Part shown: piece after piece, positions 45,381-52,914 of the stretch
How positions within the stretch are numbered: position 1 is the first letter of the stretch
Layout of the letters: the number at the start of each line of letters is the position of its first letter
NCBI GenBank assembly: GCA_035687405.1
Contig: DASRXR010000355.1
Coordinates: forward strand, 1 to 52,914
Direction of reading: 5' to 3'
Length of the DNA stretch: 52,914 bases
From: Polyangiales bacterium
GTDB lineage: Bacteria > Myxococcota_A > Polyangia > Polyangiales > JAFGIB01
Position numbers and translations under genes: made by a program
Notes under the pieces: generated by a model
Told to the model about the DNA's origin: nothing
The model's database searches: none
What the model saw: the letters and a program-made list of their open reading frames with translations, nothing else

Positions 45381-46445
45381 GTGTTTGCAACTCGGCATGT
45401 CTGGGCCGCGCTGGCCGGCCTCTCGATATTGCTCAACTGCGCGTGCGGCGCGAGCGAGACCGCGAAGCTCGAAAACGCGCTCGTCGGGCGCGGCCGTGTC
45501 GCCGTCTTGGGCGGGCAGGATCTCGTGTCCACGCAGCCGCAGGGGGCCGAGCTCTCACCGGCTTCGAAGTGGCCCGAGATCGAACGCGCGCTCTCGGGAA
45601 CCGACGACCGCGCCCTCGCATCCGCGATGCAAGCCGCGAAAGTATCCGGCGTGCTGGTAGACGTTCGGCCGGGCGCGTTCGCAAACAGTTATCGCTTGGC
45701 GAAACAGCTCGTGGGCTACGCCGCGTTGTCGGCGTTGCAAGGTGCTTTCCTTTCGCCGCGCGCGGCGTTTTACGTGCTCGATCCGGTACGCGATTGGAGC
45801 CCGAGTTTGCGCGCGGGTCTGGCCGAGGTCGCGCGGCGCTTGGTCGCCGGTGCGAGTCCACCGCGCATCCGTTCGTTCCCCGAAATCGTGCGGCGGATGG
45901 AGCCGGCCGAAGTGATGGTGCTGCTCCGCAGCGATGGGCGGCCGCGCCTCTGGCGTTCCGCCCGCGGCTCTTCATTTGCGCGCGCGCTGCTGACAGCGGC
46001 GGACGTCGCGCGGCAACGTTGGACCGAGCGATCTCAAGCGATGGGCGGACCGCTCGATAAGATCCTGCCGAAGCTGCAAGTCGAGGTTTCCCTCTTGCAG
46101 GACGACGGCGAAATCGGCTCGACGGACGAGGCTTTCGTGAACCGAGTCGTGTTGCCAGTTCACGGCGTCGCGTTCGAGCACAAAGGCGCGTGGCGCTATC
46201 TCTTGCCGGAAGCGACGCACACGAAAGAGCTCAAGACTCCGAGCCAGGCGTACGAGCGTTTGTTCACGGACGACGGGTTGCCGGACGACAGTCTCACGAC
46301 TCAGGAGCTCCGGCCTTACCGGATGGCGGTGAAGCTGATCGGTATCTCGGCGCCGCAGCTACCTGTGAAGCGCAAGGAACCCAAAGATGGATTGTCCGAC
46401 GTAAAGTCGCCAGACGAGGTCTTAGGCCGCGGCGCGCCGCACTGA
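45381..46445 (+). CDS. Hypothetical lipoprotein
   Basis: An in-frame GTG at 45381, just after the upstream stop, gives VFATRHVWAALAGLSILLNCAC (lipobox-like). The upstream part of the track ORF starting at 45180 overlaps the preceding gene. I recognise no family. Confidence 0.5.
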   Translation: MFATRHVWAALAGLSILLNCACGASETAKLENALVGRGRVAVLGGQDLVSTQPQGAELSPASKWPEIERALSGTDDRALASAMQAAKVSGVLVDVRPGAFANSYRLAKQLVGYAALSALQGAFLSPRAAFYVLDPVRDWSPSLRAGLAEVARRLVAGASPPRIRSFPEIVRRMEPAEVMVLLRSDGRPRLWRSARGSSFARALLTAADVARQRWTERSQAMGGPLDKILPKLQVEVSLLQDDGEIGSTDEAFVNRVVLPVHGVAFEHKGAWRYLLPEATHTKELKTPSQAYERLFTDDGLPDDSLTTQELRPYRMAVKLIGISAPQLPVKRKEPKDGLSDVKSPDEVLGRGAPH

Positions 46446-47921
46446 CTCGCGATTGGCGAGCTTTTCTGCGGCGTGGAAGACCAGCGCCATGATCGAGTGC
46501 TGCGGGTTCACGCCGAGATTCGTCGGCAATACGCTCGCGTCCATCACGTAGAGCTGCTGCACTTCGTGGCTCTCCAGCTCGGGCGTTACGACGCTGCGGG
46601 ACGGGTCGCCGCCGGCAGCTGCAGTGCCGAAGTGGTGCGAAGCGACGAGGTGGAAGTCTTTGCGTTGCACGCTCTGCGCGAGGATCGCATCGGCTTGGTC
46701 GGGATGTGTCATGCGTTCCGCAACCGACGCGACCCCGGGATACACCTCGACCGCACCTGCCGCGAACATCATCCGCACCATCAGGGAGACCGAGTCTCGC
46801 AGCCGCTGCACGTCTTCGGGCTGCAGCTCGTAGCGGATGTCGACCATCTTGAAGATGCCGGGGCGAACGCGCCCGCGCGCTGCTACGCGCTGTATCGCGG
46901 CGAACTGCGCGAAGTGATCGAGCTGGCTGAGCTGCTCCTGCCAATCGCGGCCCGCACCGGGCAAGCGCGCGGCGAGCAACTCGGGTGGCATCGCGAGTGA
47001 CTCCACTTTGAAGCCTTGTTCGCGAAACGGAACTTCGTAGGCTTGGGTCGCGCCAAAGCCCATTCCGACCGGTCGATCGAAACGCCCGACGACCGCCGCT
47101 CCGGGATGCGCCGAGAAGTTGTCGCCGACTACGCCTCGCAAGCCGCTGTTCCGCAACAAGACCGGCGTGTAGATCGCGCCAGCAGCGACGATCACCGCGC
47201 GGCGTGCGCGCAGCTCGAAGCGACCGTCGCGCTTGCCTTCACTCGTCAACAACTGACCGCGCACTCCGACCGCGCGACCGCGCTCGATGATGACTTCGCT
47301 CGCGCGCGCGAGCGGATAGAGCCGAGCCCCGCGTTCGAGCGCGCGCGGCACGTACGAGATGTCCATGCTCTGACGCGCGCCTTCTGGGCAGCCTTGCAAA
47401 CAGCGCGCACGGCCGACGCAGTGGCGCGCGTTCCGCCGGATCACGCGACCGGGTAGGCCCAAACGTTGGCTCGCGAGCTCGAGCGCGTTCGCGTTGCCGC
47501 CGCGCGTCTCGCTCGGAACCTCGGCGATGTCCAGCTCGCGCTCGATCTGGGTGAAGATGCGATCGAGCGCGGCTTCGTCGACCAAGCTCGCCAAGCCGAA
47601 ACGCTCGCTGAAGTCCCGCCGCGTGTCCTCGGGCAAGCGCCAGATGATGCCGGAGTTCACCGCGGTGCTGCCGCCGACGCAACGCCCGAGCAAGAGCGGC
47701 ATCGGTGAAGCGCTGCGCGTCGATACGGTCGCGAGGTCACGCATCGACTCGAGCATCGCATCGAGCAAGCCGGGCGAACGTTCCTGCGGTGCAAGCGCTG
47801 GACCTTCTTCGACCAGGATCACCGATAGCCCCGCTTCGGAGAGTACTCGAGCGGCTGTGGCTCCGCCTGCGCCGGTGCCGACGATGACGATGTCGGCGCT
47901 ATCTTCGACCGTGCGGCTCAC
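46422..47921 (-). CDS. GMC-family FAD-dependent oxidoreductase
   Basis: DIVIVGTGAGGATAARVLSEAGLSVILVEEG is the FAD Rossmann motif. The C-terminal HHFGTAAAGGDPSRSVV...LYVMDASVLPTNLGVNPQ is the GMC signature. Confidence 0.88.
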   Translation of the reverse strand: MSRTVEDSADIVIVGTGAGGATAARVLSEAGLSVILVEEGPALAPQERSPGLLDAMLESMRDLATVSTRSASPMPLLLGRCVGGSTAVNSGIIWRLPEDTRRDFSERFGLASLVDEAALDRIFTQIERELDIAEVPSETRGGNANALELASQRLGLPGRVIRRNARHCVGRARCLQGCPEGARQSMDISYVPRALERGARLYPLARASEVIIERGRAVGVRGQLLTSEGKRDGRFELRARRAVIVAAGAIYTPVLLRNSGLRGVVGDNFSAHPGAAVVGRFDRPVGMGFGATQAYEVPFREQGFKVESLAMPPELLAARLPGAGRDWQEQLSQLDHFAQFAAIQRVAARGRVRPGIFKMVDIRYELQPEDVQRLRDSVSLMVRMMFAAGAVEVYPGVASVAERMTHPDQADAILAQSVQRKDFHLVASHHFGTAAAGGDPSRSVVTPELESHEVQQLYVMDASVLPTNLGVNPQHSIMALVFHAAEKLANRESVRRAAA

Positions 47922-48484
47922 GAAGCGACCCGATCGCGCGCGGTAGGCGCGTGGTCATGCGCAGTGTTGATCGCGAAGGCTGGCGGCGGCGCGACGACGT
48001 CGACGCGTTTGGCCGGCGCCACGAACACCGGCAACGCGCGACGCGCTTCGCGCACGACATTCGCGGCCGCTTGCGGTTTGTCGTAACCGGAACGCTCTCG
48101 CACCGAAGGCGTGCCGAGGAGTGCGAACGCCGCCGTCAGCTTCAAGAGCAGCGCGAGCTCGCGCACGACGAGGTTGGTGTGACGCAACAGCCGAGACAGC
48201 AGCTCGGTCCGCTCGGCGCGTGCAAGCTTCGAGAACGTCGCGAAACGGCCGAGGAGCCACAGCGGTGCGAGTGCGACCATCCACAACGCGAACCGGAGGC
48301 CCAGCCCCGCGAGCGGAGTCGAGCCCGCGTGCATGCGCCGGAACGTACGGAGGTAGTCGACCTCGCCTTCGCGGGGTGCGAGCTGAGAGTTCTTGGACGG
48401 CTGACTCGAGCCGTTTCGGGGCTCAGCTGCCGGCGCAAACGCAGCCAAAACCTCGACTGCCCAGATGTGCTCCCAGCGTGTCAT
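47918..48484 (-). CDS. Small membrane protein translationally coupled to the GMC oxidoreductase (4-nt overlap)
   Basis: I prefer the ATG at 48484 (MTRWEHIWAVEVLAAF). The hydrophobic segments are LAGLGLRFALWMVALAPLWLL and ELALLLKLTAAFALLG. The family is not recognised. Confidence 0.5.
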   Translation of the reverse strand: MTRWEHIWAVEVLAAFAPAAEPRNGSSQPSKNSQLAPREGEVDYLRTFRRMHAGSTPLAGLGLRFALWMVALAPLWLLGRFATFSKLARAERTELLSRLLRHTNLVVRELALLLKLTAAFALLGTPSVRERSGYDKPQAAANVVREARRALPVFVAPAKRVDVVAPPPAFAINTAHDHAPTARDRVAS

Positions 48485-48542
48485 GCCCGAGACCTCCCGC
48501 CCGGCCGAGAGCTTCGAGTCGGTTCTGTGAACTTCCGGCCGG

Positions 48543-48573
48543 CCACCCGGAATTCTGATTCGAATCCGGGTGG
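48543..48573. other. Hairpin CCACCCGGA-N13-TCCGGGTGG in the 5' leader of the small-protein/GMC operon
   Basis: Read directly from the sequence. It has a 9-bp perfect stem and the loop ATTCTGATTCGAA. Confidence 0.3.
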
Positions 48574-48725
48574 GCTGCAACACGGCAGCCAGGTGGAAAT
48601 GGCATTCAGCCTCGGGGCGCTCGAGGATGTGTCACTAATATGGCGAAACTATGAAGAAATTGGGCAGCGGCGTGCGCAGTCGCCGCCCCTCGCAGCCTGT
48701 GGCCACGTTCAGCATGAGGCCGCGT

Positions 48726-50180
48726 TCAGCCCGCGGCGCTTCGGCGACCCGCGTCGCGCTCGAGCAACTCGGAGACGCGCTCGAAGAGCTCGTCTAGCTC
48801 GAACGGTTTGCGGAGCACGGCGTCCGGCTCACCGCCGGCGACCAGCTTCCGCGGGACGTCGGTGCCCGTGACGAGCAGCGCGCGGTCGATCATGCCTTCT
48901 TCGCGCAGCCGCGCGATCGCCACGTCACCGCGCTGATCGCCGAGCAGAAAATCGATCACGGCCAGGCGAAACGGCCCTTCGAGCTTCAATGCTTCGTTGA
49001 GGCTCGCGGCGGGGCACACTTCGGCTCCCCGCATCTCGAGCGCGGTCGCGATCATCTCGCGCAGCGCTGCGTCGTCGTCGATGATCAGGAAGCGACCTTC
49101 GAGCGACTCCGACATGAAGACGCCCGTCGTGCGTAGCGACACCGACGGTCGCTTCGGCGGCGGCTCGGAGAGGGCACCGTTGCTGCGTGGCAGCTCCACC
49201 AAGAAGCTCGTGCCTTCGCCGACCTGACTCTCGAGCTCGATCTGGCCACCCAGAGCCAGCACCGCTTGCTTCACGAGCGCCAGGCCGAGGCCCGTGCCGG
49301 ATGTTTTGGTCGTAAAATACGGCTCGAACACGCGTGCGCGAACTTCGGTCGTCATGCCCGGACCGTTGTCGTTCACGCTGAAACTCACGTGGTCGCCGCG
49401 CGATGCGAGCTCGAGCCGGAGCTCTCCGCCGGAGGGCAACGCTTCGATCGCGTTCGTCGCCAAGTTCCACACCAGCGCCCATGCGCTACTGCGATCACCG
49501 GCCACGTAGAGACCGGGCGTGATCTGCGTGTGGACCGTGATGTTCTTCTTGAGCGCCTTCGGGATGATCAGCCGTGCTGTTTCATCGATGAACTCCGAGA
49601 GATTCATCACTTGCGGCCGCGAGCTCATCGTGGTTTGGCCGCTTACTTCGCCGAGCACCGTGCGCGCAGCGGACCAGGCGTTGTCGGCGCTGCGCTCGAT
49701 CAACTCCAGCGCTTCGTCGACGCGCACACCTTCGCGCGCGAGCCGAGCCCAACCCGCGATCGCACCGAGCGCGTTCGCGAGTTCGTGCGACACGCGCGCG
49801 GAACGATCACTCGCGAGCGCACGACGTTGCAGCGCAACTGCGTCGAGCGCGCCTTGCGGCGCAAACACGACGCACGCAAACTCGGGCGAGCGCGGTGCCG
49901 GCGATACGAGCGCGCGCAGTCCATCGACTAACGCGAGCTCACTCGATTCGCCTCTACGCGCCTGCGCGAGACTGGCTTCGAGTGCAGACATGTCGACCGT
50001 CTCACCGACGAGTGGACCGAGTGCTGCAAGGATGGTCGGGAAGTCGCCCGTGCCCAACATCTCACGTGCCGCGCCGTTGAGGCTTAGGCCTCCCTCCGGC
50101 TGCTCCTCGATCAATGGCAGACCGAGGCTTCCGCATAGCCATTCTAGCAAGATCCAACTCCGTCGAAATGATTCAGCCAC
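48726..50180 (-). CDS. Hybrid sensor histidine kinase with C-terminal receiver domain (cytoplasmic)
   Basis: The H-box is VSHELANALGAIAG. The N and G boxes are VWNLATNAIEAL, NDNGPGM and GTGLGLALV. The receiver is RFLIIDDDAALREM...LAVIDFLLGD...LRKPF. No TM segment is evident. Confidence 0.85.
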   Translation of the reverse strand: MAESFRRSWILLEWLCGSLGLPLIEEQPEGGLSLNGAAREMLGTGDFPTILAALGPLVGETVDMSALEASLAQARRGESSELALVDGLRALVSPAPRSPEFACVVFAPQGALDAVALQRRALASDRSARVSHELANALGAIAGWARLAREGVRVDEALELIERSADNAWSAARTVLGEVSGQTTMSSRPQVMNLSEFIDETARLIIPKALKKNITVHTQITPGLYVAGDRSSAWALVWNLATNAIEALPSGGELRLELASRGDHVSFSVNDNGPGMTTEVRARVFEPYFTTKTSGTGLGLALVKQAVLALGGQIELESQVGEGTSFLVELPRSNGALSEPPPKRPSVSLRTTGVFMSESLEGRFLIIDDDAALREMIATALEMRGAEVCPAASLNEALKLEGPFRLAVIDFLLGDQRGDVAIARLREEGMIDRALLVTGTDVPRKLVAGGEPDAVLRKPFELDELFERVSELLERDAGRRSAAG

Positions 50181-50510
50181 GCTAGAAAATAGCTCGGCGC
50201 CGCCCTCGCGTCAACGGCCGAAGGCGACTGGGTCGTCGCTGGTGGACCAGCGACGGCGCACATACCCAAGCGTACGCGAGCGCGTACCCGCGCCGCGCCC
50301 TCCGAGTCCAGTGCACCTGCGCTTCCCACCATTGGCGCCCCCGCGCGAGGTCGAGTCGAGACCGTGATAACCGAGCGGGAAGATAGCCGCAATAAGCCTT
50401 GGCACCGCGATTTGGGCACTGTCGAGCAGCGCGCGTCCCGACTTGTGGAGCGTTTAGAGTGCTCCGCGCATGGCCAAACAGCCGACCTGTCTGGTACTTT
50501 GCGCGCCCTC

Positions 50511-50813
50511 ATGAGTGCGCCCCGGATCACTGCCGACGCTGTCCGACACGTCGCAAAGCTCGCCTGTATTTCGCTGACCGCGGAAGAGGTCGCCCGAATG
50601 CAGCGAGAGCTCGATTCCATCCTCGGTTTCATGGCCGAGCTGGACAGTCTGGACGTCAGCGACGTGCCTCCCGCGTTCCAAGCGCTCGGCGTAAACGCGC
50701 CGTTGCGCCCGGATGTAGTTGTTCCTGGGCTCGACCGAGACGAGCTCCTTGCGTCCGCACCCGCATCGGACCAGGGAGGGTTCGCGGTTCCAAAAGTGTT
50801 GGAAGGAGACTGA
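50511..50813 (+). CDS. gatC: Asp-tRNA(Asn)/Glu-tRNA(Gln) amidotransferase subunit C
   Basis: The ATG at 50511 gives MSAPRITADAVRHVAKLACISLTAEEVARMQRELDSILGFMAELDSLDV, about 100 aa. gatA follows immediately. Confidence 0.85.
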   Translation: MSAPRITADAVRHVAKLACISLTAEEVARMQRELDSILGFMAELDSLDVSDVPPAFQALGVNAPLRPDVVVPGLDRDELLASAPASDQGGFAVPKVLEGD

Positions 50814-50814
50814 A

Positions 50815-52269
50815 GTGCACGAGCTCGTCACGGCTTCGGTGACCGAGATCGCGCAAGCGGTCCGCGATGGGAAAGTTTCGGCGGTCGAGATTACGCGCGC
50901 TGCGCTCGCGCGCGCGGATGCGAAAAACGCCTCGCTGAACGCGTTTCTGCACGTCGATCACGAAGGTGCGCTCGCGCAAGCCGCACGCGTCGATGCGTTG
51001 CCCAATCGCACGGGGCTGCCGCTCGCGGGCGTTCCGTTTGGCCTCAAAGACAACTTGTGTACGCGCGGTGTCCCGACGACTTGCGCATCGAAGATTCTGC
51101 AAGGCTACGCGCCGCCCTACGACGCGCACGTAGTGGAGCAGCTGCGAGCGGCGGGCGCGGTCGTGCTGGGCAAGCTCAACCTCGACGAGTTCGCGATGGG
51201 ATCGTCGACGGAGAACTCCGCGTTCGGCGCGGTCAGGAACCCGTGGGACACGTCTCGCGCGCCCGGAGGCAGCTCTGGTGGATCCGCGGCGGCAGTTGCG
51301 CTCGGGCTCAGCGCAGCGGCGCTCGGTAGCGACACGGGTGGTTCCGTCCGGCAGCCGGCGAGCTTTTGCGGCGTCACCGCGATCAAGCCGAGCTACGGGC
51401 GCGTCTCGCGTTATGGGTTGATCGCGTTCGCATCGTCGCTCGATCAGGTGGGTCCGATCGCGCGCAACGTGCGCGACGCGGCGCGGGTGCTCGGCGTGAT
51501 CGCGGGTCGCGATTCGCGCGATCCCACGAGCGCGGATCGGCCTGTGCCGAACTACGAAGCCGAGTGTGAGCGCGATGTCAAAGGTATGCGCGTCGGGGTC
51601 GTGCGCGGCATCACCGACGAAGGCTGCGCGCCCGCGGTGCAGCAAGCCATGGCGCGTGCACGCGAGCAGCTCGCCGCTCTCGGCTGCGAAATCGTCGAAG
51701 TCGACATGCCGCACCAGAAGTACGCGCTGTCGGTCTACTACATCGTCGCGACGGCTGAAGCGTCGTCGAACCTCGCGCGCTTCGACGGCATGCGGTACGG
51801 CCTGCGCGTGAACGGGGATGACCTGCGCGACACCTACGGTAAGACGCGCGATGCAGGCTTCGGGCTCGAGGTAAAGCGCCGGATCATGCTCGGGACGTAC
51901 GTGCTGTCTGCCGGCTACTACGACGCGTTCTACCTGAAGGCACAGAAGGTGCAGACGCTGATCCGGCGCGACTACGCGCAGGCGTTCGAGCGTTGCGACG
52001 TCGTGATGACGCCGACCGCGCCGACCGGCGCGTTCAAGCTCGGCGAAAAGATCGACGACCCGCTGCAGATGTACCTGCAAGACGTGTTCACACTTCCTCC
52101 GAGTCTCGCCGGCATTCCGGCCGTGAGCGTGCCGTGTGGCTTGACTCCCGAGCGATTGCCGATCGGGTTGCAGCTCGCGGCGCCTGGGTTCGAGGAAGCG
52201 CGGCTGGTGCGGATCGCGGCTGCGTTCGAGCGGGCGAGCGGATGGGCCGAACGGCCTCCGGGATTTTGA
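50815..52269 (+). CDS. gatA: Asp-tRNA(Asn)/Glu-tRNA(Gln) amidotransferase subunit A (amidase signature family)
   Basis: The GTG at 50815 comes 1 nt after the gatC stop and is preceded by [32 protein letters not shown] and [12 protein letters not shown] are the amidase Ser-Ser-Lys signature. The track start at 50719 overlaps gatC. Confidence 0.9.
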   Translation: MHELVTASVTEIAQAVRDGKVSAVEITRAALARADAKNASLNAFLHVDHEGALAQAARVDALPNRTGLPLAGVPFGLKDNLCTRGVPTTCASKILQGYAPPYDAHVVEQLRAAGAVVLGKLNLDEFAMGSSTENSAFGAVRNPWDTSRAPGGSSGGSAAAVALGLSAAALGSDTGGSVRQPASFCGVTAIKPSYGRVSRYGLIAFASSLDQVGPIARNVRDAARVLGVIAGRDSRDPTSADRPVPNYEAECERDVKGMRVGVVRGITDEGCAPAVQQAMARAREQLAALGCEIVEVDMPHQKYALSVYYIVATAEASSNLARFDGMRYGLRVNGDDLRDTYGKTRDAGFGLEVKRRIMLGTYVLSAGYYDAFYLKAQKVQTLIRRDYAQAFERCDVVMTPTAPTGAFKLGEKIDDPLQMYLQDVFTLPPSLAGIPAVSVPCGLTPERLPIGLQLAAPGFEEARLVRIAAAFERASGWAERPPGF

Positions 52270-52271
52270 TC

Positions 52272-52914
52272 ATGGGCAGCGGATACGAAACCGTCATCGG
52301 CCTCGAAGTGCACGCGCAGCTCCTCACGCGTTCGAAGCTGTTCTGCGGGTGTTCGGTCAAGTTCGGAGCTTCACCGAACACGCAGGTGTGCCCGGTGTGT
52401 GTGGGTTTGCCCGGCTCACTGCCGATGCCGAACGCTCGCGCGGTCGAGCTCGCGTTGCGTGCCGGCGTGGCGCTCGGCTGCCAGATCCGCAGCCACAGCG
52501 TGTTCGCGCGCAAGAACTACTTCTATCCAGACCTCGCGAAGAACTATCAGATCTCGCAGTACGAGTTGCCGCTGTGCGAACACGGCAAGTTGCGCTTCGA
52601 GCTCGATGGCAAGGCGCACGAGATCCCGATTCAGCGCATCCACCTCGAGGAAGACGCGGCGAAGAACCTCCACGGGATGGGTTCGGGAACGGTCACGCTC
52701 GTCGACTACAACCGCGCGGGCACTCCACTGATGGAGATCGTGAGCGGGCCCGACTTGCGGAGCTCTGCCGAGGCAGAGGAGTACCTGAAGCGTTTGCACG
52801 AGACGCTGATGTTTTTGGGCGTGAACGACGGGAACTTGGAAGAGGGCTCGTTCCGTTGCGATGCGAACGTGTCGGTTCGGCCGATCGGGCAGGAGCAGCT
52901 CGGCACGCGCGTCG
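52272..52914 (+). CDS. gatB: Asp-tRNA(Asn)/Glu-tRNA(Gln) amidotransferase subunit B, N-terminal 214 aa (runs off the window)
   Basis: My own translation; the gene is absent from the ORF track because it has no stop in the window. It reads [54 protein letters not shown]...[21 protein letters not shown]...[10 protein letters not shown]...[14 protein letters not shown]...[12 protein letters not shown]. Confidence 0.9.
   Translation, partial: MGSGYETVIGLEVHAQLLTRSKLFCGCSVKFGASPNTQVCPVCVGLPGSLPMPNARAVELALRAGVALGCQIRSHSVFARKNYFYPDLAKNYQISQYELPLCEHGKLRFELDGKAHEIPIQRIHLEEDAAKNLHGMGSGTVTLVDYNRAGTPLMEIVSGPDLRSSAEAEEYLKRLHETLMFLGVNDGNLEEGSFRCDANVSVRPIGQEQLGTRV

Noticed and set aside
48552-48566. GATTCGAATCC, which resembles a tRNA T-loop (GGTTCGAATCC).
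   Set aside because: On neither strand can a 5-bp T-stem with a 7-nt loop, an acceptor stem or an anticodon arm be drawn around it. It is simply the loop region of a 9-bp hairpin.
50400-50415. TGGCACCGCGATTTGG upstream of gatC, which looks like a sigma-54 -24 element.
   Set aside because: The -12 position reads TTTGG instead of TTGC, so the invariant GC is missing at the correct spacing. A housekeeping gatCAB operon is also an unlikely sigma-54 target.

Overview
This is a very GC-rich chromosomal segment; by eye, third codon positions are almost all G/C. The gene content looks myxobacterial (Myxococcota). That is an inference from the many sigma-54 enhancer-binding components, a Ser/Thr kinase fused to a STAND-type ATPase and TPRs, a DUF4388-like protein, prepilin-like genes and a Wzx/Wzy-type polysaccharide export core. 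I count about 36 protein-coding genes and found no rRNA, tRNA, CRISPR array, transposase or integrase.

Gene order, left to right:
- Thiolase (partial, minus strand, missing from the ORF track because it runs off the edge).
- GCS2 ligase plus class II amidotransferase.
- Histidine kinase plus NtrC-type regulator, divergent from a CzcCBA-like heavy-metal RND efflux operon.
- A head-to-head pair of megasynthase genes: FAAL-ACP-KS-degenerate AT on the minus strand, and DH-like-carrier-C-A-PCP on the plus strand.
- vWA lipoprotein.
- Ser/Thr kinase-AAA-TPR.
- DUF4388-like / proline-rich / TPR protein.
- Thiolase, acyl-CoA synthetase and an ACAD10/11-type phosphotransferase.
- GcvR-like ACT protein.
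- Orphan prepilin.
- A minus-strand run of CitE/HpcH-like lyase, EVE-domain protein and a membrane-anchored unknown.
- Polysaccharide module: polyprenyl-phosphate sugar transferase, PCP with a degenerate BY-kinase domain, Wza-like OPX, and a putative OM beta-barrel.
- trmL.
- Two secreted or outer-membrane hypotheticals.
- GMC oxidoreductase plus a small membrane protein.
- Hybrid histidine kinase.
- gatC, gatA, gatB (gatB partial at the right edge).

The best candidate for an undescribed system is the compact FAAL-PKS/NRPS pair at 12.5-21.5 kb. It has no release domain. Its AT has lost the catalytic serine. Its dehydratase appears to be split between the 3' end of one gene and the 5' end of the divergent gene, a pattern that a single inversion would explain. 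Everything here rests on reading motifs in translations by eye. No HMM, BLAST or folding computation was run. Most long ORFs in the track that lie antisense to these genes are GC artefacts.
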